Source: an uncultured Gemmatimonadota bacterium (lineage in GTDB: Bacteria > GCA-2686955). From it: a stretch of 64,000 nucleotides of DNA. The stretch covers positions 1 to 64,000 of the forward strand of contig CAZBBK010000009.1 in NCBI GenBank assembly GCA_964490075.1, written 5' to 3'. Positions 59,647-64,000 of the stretch are shown here, one piece after another. Numbering within the stretch: position 1 is the first letter of the stretch; every line of letters starts with the position of its first letter. Below the pieces are notes generated by a model. The model ran no database searches. It saw only the letters and a program-made list of their open reading frames with translations, and was not told the origin of the DNA. A program made the position numbers and the translations under genes.

Positions 59647-61152
59647 TCAGTTTCGGGCCCATGCCGGCAATACTCCCGGCTGTTCCACCCCCAAGGCGCC
59701 CAGACCGACGGCGTAGAGCACCAGGCAGAGGAGCACGCTGAGCAGCAGGTTGAGGGCCAGGCCGGCGCGCGCCATCTCCCCGATCCGAAGCAGCTTCGAG
59801 CCGAAGACCACCGCGTTGGGCGGGGTCGCGGTGGGCAGCATGAAGGCGCACGAGGCAGCGACCGTCGCCGGCAGCATCAAGACCGTGGGATGGACTCCGA
59901 GCGCCGGCGCCGCCGCCGCCAGGATCGGCAGAATCGTCGTGGTCGCCGCCGTGTTGCTGGTCAACTCGGTCAGGAAGGTCATCGTCAGCGCCACCGCCAG
60001 CATCAGACCGAAGGGGGGCAGGCCGGCGAAAGCGCCGAGCTGGCCGCCGATCCAGGCCGCGAGCCCCGAGGCGGCGAAGGCCGAGGCCAGGGCGAAGCCG
60101 CCGCCGAAGAGCAAGAGCACGCCCCAGGGGATGGTCACGGCCTCGTCCCAAGTCAGAAGCGCGCGCCGCGCTGCGGCGCTCGTTCCCGCCGGAACGATGA
60201 AGAGCACCAACGCGCCGAACACCGCCACCACGGCGTCGGTGATCATCGATGGGTCCGGGAAGAGTTGCGACCAGCCGGGCATCACCACCCCGGCCACCGC
60301 CACCGGGCGGCGCGTGATCCACAGCAGCGCGGTGCCGGCGAACACCAGCGCGGCGCGCCGCTCCTGCGTCGAGAGCGGGCCGAGCCGCTCCAATTCCTGG
60401 TGAAGATCGGCACCGACTCCCGCGGCCCGCGCGCGATCGACTCGACGCCCCCAGCCGCCGGCGATGACCAGGTAGGCCCAGGTGGCCGGCAGCAGCACCA
60501 CCACCACCGGCAGCCCGACCAGCAGCCACTCTGTGAATCCGATCTCCGGCGCCCCCGGAAAGATCTCCGCCATGAGCCCCGCGAACACCGCGTTCGGCGC
60601 CGTGCCCACCAAGGTGCCGATCCCGCCGATGGAGCAGGCATAGGCGACGGCGAGCATCAGGCTGCGCCCGAATCTCCTGTCACCGACCCGATCGGCGACC
60701 GCGACCGCGATCGGCAGCAGCATCACCGAGGTCGCGGTGTTGCTGATCCACATCGAGAGCGCGGCGGCCGCCAGCATGAAACCGAGCAGCAGGCCCGGCG
60801 GCGAGGTGCCGACGGTGATCAGAGTGCGCAGCGCGATGCGCCGGTGCAGCCCCGCCGCCTGGATCGCTCTCGCGATCAAGAAGCCCCCGAAGAGCAGGAA
60901 CACGAAGTGATGGCCGTACTGGCTGCTGGTATTCTGGGCCGAGAGGATGCCGAGCGCCGGCAGCAGGACGATCGGCAGCAGCGCGGTCGCCGGAATCGGA
61001 ATCGCCTCCAGCACCCACCACAGAGCCATCCAGGCGGCCACGGCGGCGGTCCGGGCGGCGCCCTCCGGCATGGCGCTGGCGCCGGCGGCGAGCAGATAGA
61101 CCACGCACCCCGCGATCGGACCGGCGAGAAGGCGCGCAAGGGACTTCCTCAA
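59647..61152 (-). CDS. SLC13/DASS sodium-coupled anion symporter
   Basis: EAIPIPATALLP, SMWISNTAT, TELTSNTA and AFMLPTATPPNA. Confidence 0.92.
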   Translation of the reverse strand: MRKSLARLLAGPIAGCVVYLLAAGASAMPEGAARTAAVAAWMALWWVLEAIPIPATALLPIVLLPALGILSAQNTSSQYGHHFVFLLFGGFLIARAIQAAGLHRRIALRTLITVGTSPPGLLLGFMLAAAALSMWISNTATSVMLLPIAVAVADRVGDRRFGRSLMLAVAYACSIGGIGTLVGTAPNAVFAGLMAEIFPGAPEIGFTEWLLVGLPVVVVLLPATWAYLVIAGGWGRRVDRARAAGVGADLHQELERLGPLSTQERRAALVFAGTALLWITRRPVAVAGVVMPGWSQLFPDPSMITDAVVAVFGALVLFIVPAGTSAAARRALLTWDEAVTIPWGVLLLFGGGFALASAFAASGLAAWIGGQLGAFAGLPPFGLMLAVALTMTFLTELTSNTAATTTILPILAAAAPALGVHPTVLMLPATVAASCAFMLPTATPPNAVVFGSKLLRIGEMARAGLALNLLLSVLLCLVLYAVGLGALGVEQPGVLPAWARN

Positions 61153-61174
61153 CGGAGGAGAGCCCTTTTCGAGA

Positions 61175-62071
61175 TCAGTCTACGACCGCATCTTCGGGCA
61201 AGAGATAGCGCCATGGATTGACCTTCTTGCCGTCCCGGTGGACTTCGTAGTGGACGTGCGAGCTGGTCGACCGCCCAGTCGACCCGAGCAGCGCGATCGC
61301 CTGGCCGCGCTCCACCTCTTGCCCCCGCTTGACGAGGTTCTTCTTGTTGTGCGCATAGGTGGTCAGGTAGCCGTTGCCGTGGTCGATCTTGATCTGGTAG
61401 CCGTAGCCGCCGTTGCGCCCCGAGAACACCACCTTGCCGGCGGCCGTCGCCAACACCTCGGTCCCTTCCCGCCCCGCCACGTCGACTCCCCAGTGGAAGC
61501 TTCTGCGGCCGGTGAAAGGATCGCGGCGCCGTCCGAAAGCGGCCGAGAGCCAGCCGTCGGTGGGCAGGATCGATGGAACCCCCTCGAGCCCCTCGCGAAC
61601 GTGCGTCAGCGCACCCTCGACCTGCGTCATGTCGCCCTTGAGATGGCTGGCCCGATGGGTGGCCCGCTCGAGGCTGGTGCGCAAGATCCTGACCCGATCG
61701 CCCTCGATGGCGTCGTAGGCGTCGGCGGCGCCGACTTCGTCTTCCAGCAGGGTCTCGGGCTCATCGAGCTCGTCGAGCCCGGCCAGGAGGCGCATGCGCT
61801 GCTCGACATCGCGCATGTCGACCAGGTCGGCCTCGAGCCGGGCGAGCTGTGCACAGGCCTGATCCAGGGCATCGTGCAGCGCTTCGTTCTCGGCTTTCTC
61901 GGCATGCAGCGAGGCGAAGTAATCGACGAAACGCAACCCGGCCAGCAGCACGCAGACGCCCACGACCCCCGCCACCACGGCGGGCACGGCGCGGTGCGGG
62001 ACGGCGCGCATGAAACGCTCGGTTGCTGCTCGTTGCCACATGGTTGGAATCACCCCCCGAACTCGGAACAT
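61175..62071 (-). CDS. M23 peptidase (TM, coiled coil, LytM domain); start may be 62041 or 62011
   Basis: HWGVD, YAH and GRSTSSHVHYEV. Confidence 0.88.
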   Translation of the reverse strand: MFRVRGVIPTMWQRAATERFMRAVPHRAVPAVVAGVVGVCVLLAGLRFVDYFASLHAEKAENEALHDALDQACAQLARLEADLVDMRDVEQRMRLLAGLDELDEPETLLEDEVGAADAYDAIEGDRVRILRTSLERATHRASHLKGDMTQVEGALTHVREGLEGVPSILPTDGWLSAAFGRRRDPFTGRRSFHWGVDVAGREGTEVLATAAGKVVFSGRNGGYGYQIKIDHGNGYLTTYAHNKKNLVKRGQEVERGQAIALLGSTGRSTSSHVHYEVHRDGKKVNPWRYLLPEDAVVD

Positions 62072-62100
62072 CTACCTATATCACGCCGAGGGGCGCTGAA

Positions 62101-63030
62101 TCAATGCTGCAGAAAGAGCTCGAGCTCCCGTTCCCCCGCTACCACGCGCAGCTTCTCGAGCGCCTTCTGCTTGATCTGCCGGATCCGCTCGCGCGTCAAA
62201 CCGAACTCCCGGCCGATCGCCTCCAGGGTGCAAGGATCCGAGCCGCCGATCCCGAAGTAGAGGCGCACCACCCGGGCCTCGCGCTCGGTCAGCGCGGCGA
62301 GCGCGCCCTCGATCTCCAGGGTCATCGCCTCTTCGACCAGGTCCTCGTCGACCTGCCGCTGCGACGCGTCGACCAGCACGTCGACCAACCCGCCGTCATC
62401 GTTGCCCTGACCGGGTGAGTCGAGGCTCACGTGGCTATTGGCGACGAACAGGGTCACCGCCACCTCCGACTCCTTCAATCCCAGGTGGGCGGCCAGCTCC
62501 GCGGCGGTCGGCTCGCGTCCCAGCTCCTGCTCCAGGGCCTGGGAGGCGCGTCCCAGGCGGTAGAGCACGGTCACGCGGTTCAGCGGCACGCGCACGATCC
62601 TCGACTGCTCTGCCAGCGCCTGCAGAATCGCCTGACGGATCCACCACACCGCGTACGAGATGAACTTGAAGCCCCGGGTCTCGTCGAAACGCCGCGCCGC
62701 CTTGATCAACCCGGAGTTGCCCTCGTTGATCAGATCGGAGAGCGGCACCCCCTGCTTGGCGTAGCCCTTGGCCACGCTCACCACGAAGCGCAAGTTGGCG
62801 GTCACCAGGCGGTCGAGCGCCTCCTCGTCGCCGCCGCGAATCCGTTGCGCGAGCTCCACCTCCTCCTCGCGACAGATGAGTGGGATGCGCGCGATCTCGC
62901 GCAGGTAGATATCGAGTGCGCAGTCGTCCTGGGTTTCGGTCCCGTCTTGCTGGGCCAAGCTGCACCATCCCAACAGGTTGGGGAGCTCCGCGCGGAATTC
63001 GCGCGGCGCATTGCGAGCGTCGAGGGCCAA
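62101..63030 (-). CDS. Short RpoD/SigA-family sigma70 factor (no region 1.1)
   Basis: YLREI, ANLRFVVSVAK, DLINEGN, RGFKFISYAVWWIRQ and LTRERIRQIK. Start uncertain. Confidence 0.9.
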   Translation of the reverse strand: MALDARNAPREFRAELPNLLGWCSLAQQDGTETQDDCALDIYLREIARIPLICREEEVELAQRIRGGDEEALDRLVTANLRFVVSVAKGYAKQGVPLSDLINEGNSGLIKAARRFDETRGFKFISYAVWWIRQAILQALAEQSRIVRVPLNRVTVLYRLGRASQALEQELGREPTAAELAAHLGLKESEVAVTLFVANSHVSLDSPGQGNDDGGLVDVLVDASQRQVDEDLVEEAMTLEIEGALAALTEREARVVRLYFGIGGSDPCTLEAIGREFGLTRERIRQIKQKALEKLRVVAGERELELFLQH

Positions 63031-63108
63031 CGCCCTCTTCCGAGTGATCGGCCCGGAATCGCAAACACTTGCGTCCTGCTTTGGGGTGGTGCAGGTGCGC
63101 CCGCGCCG

Positions 63109-64000
63109 TCAGGGTGCCAAGGCGAAGTAGCGCTGGCCCCCGCCGGGAAGCTCCACGTAGACCGCGATCGGCACGTCCTGGCCGCGTTGATCCAGCGCCT
63201 CGTGGGCCTGACCGAAATCGCGCATGCCGGCGATCTCGAACTCCGCGAGCTTCTGAATCACGTAGCCGGGGCGCAGATTCGCCCGCGATGCCGGCGAAGC
63301 GGGCGCGACCGAGACGATCATCACGCCGTGATCGGCGCTCACGCCGGCCGCCTCGGCCTCCGCCGACTGCAGCGACACCACCTCGAGCCCGTGCCAGGTC
63401 GCGCCGCCGGTCGCGGACGAGGCGCTTCCCTCGTCGGCCACCAGGTCGCTCATCAGAGCCAGCTCCACGGTGAAGCGCTGGCGCTCGCCATCCCGCACCA
63501 CCACCACCTTGCCCTTGCTGCCGACCTTGGTCTTGCCGACCATGCGCTGCAGCTTGGGGATGGTCTCGACCGGGGTGCCGTTGAACTCGACGATCACGTC
63601 GCCCTCACGGATCCCCGCCTCGGCCGCCGGGCCGCCGGCCACCAGACCGCTGACCAGCACGCCTTCGGGGCCGTCCAGGCCCAGCGCCTGCGCCAGGTTG
63701 GCGTCGACGTCCTGGATGTTCACGCCGAGAAAGGCGCGCCGCACCTCGCCGTGCTCTTTGAGATCGTCCAGGATCTCTTTCACCAGCCCGATCGGAATCG
63801 CGAAGCCGATGCCGACGTTGCCGCCCGAGGGCGAGCTGATGGCGGAGTTGATGCCGATCACCTCGCCGCGAATATTGGCCAGCGGACCGCCCGAGTTGCC
63901 CGGATTGATCGAAGCGTCGGTCTGGATGTAGTCCTGGATGTCGGGCGACGCCCCACCGAAGCGCAACGAGGATCGACCGTTGGCGCTGATGATGCCGAGC
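63109..64000 (-). CDS. DegP/HtrA serine protease, 3' part (5' end outside the window)
   Basis: [20 protein letters not shown] and two PDZ domains. Confidence 0.92.
   Translation of the reverse strand, partial: LGIISANGRSSLRFGGASPDIQDYIQTDASINPGNSGGPLANIRGEVIGINSAISSPSGGNVGIGFAIPIGLVKEILDDLKEHGEVRRAFLGVNIQDVDANLAQALGLDGPEGVLVSGLVAGGPAAEAGIREGDVIVEFNGTPVETIPKLQRMVGKTKVGSKGKVVVVRDGERQRFTVELALMSDLVADEGSASSATGGATWHGLEVVSLQSAEAEAAGVSADHGVMIVSVAPASPASRANLRPGYVIQKLAEFEIAGMRDFGQAHEALDQRGQDVPIAVYVELPGGGQRYFALAP

Overview
High-GC, densely coding bacterial chromosomal window. The C-terminal PNPFNP sorting domain, the TonB-receptor/DUF4249 pair and a short FISYAVWWIRQ-type sigma70 suggest an FCB-related lineage; this is inference only. 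The left end is accessory or defence-island-like: a probable IS21-type terminal repeat, a coupled pair of P-loop ATPases (the first internally deleted) and an orphan type III Mod-like methyltransferase. Two sigma54 regulatory modules have visible cis-elements. One is a Ser/Thr kinase-STAND-TPR protein plus a GAF enhancer-binding protein, followed by tandem palindromic sites, a -24/-12 promoter and a secreted double-PrcB-domain gene. The other is a PAS enhancer-binding protein with a NifB/NifX-family protein and a pentaheme cytochrome c. The window also has two VapBC-type toxin-antitoxin pairs with operator palindromes, three intergenic inverted-repeat elements, many peptidases (M12, M1, M16, M30-like, M14, M23, HtrA), a GH38/peptidase/TonB locus, a MoaD-MoaE fusion, ettA, lspA, aspS and a broken TPR-FGE/sulfatase gene. 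I found no rRNA, tRNA, CRISPR array, reverse transcriptase or transposase. All family assignments come from motif recognition by eye, not database searches.
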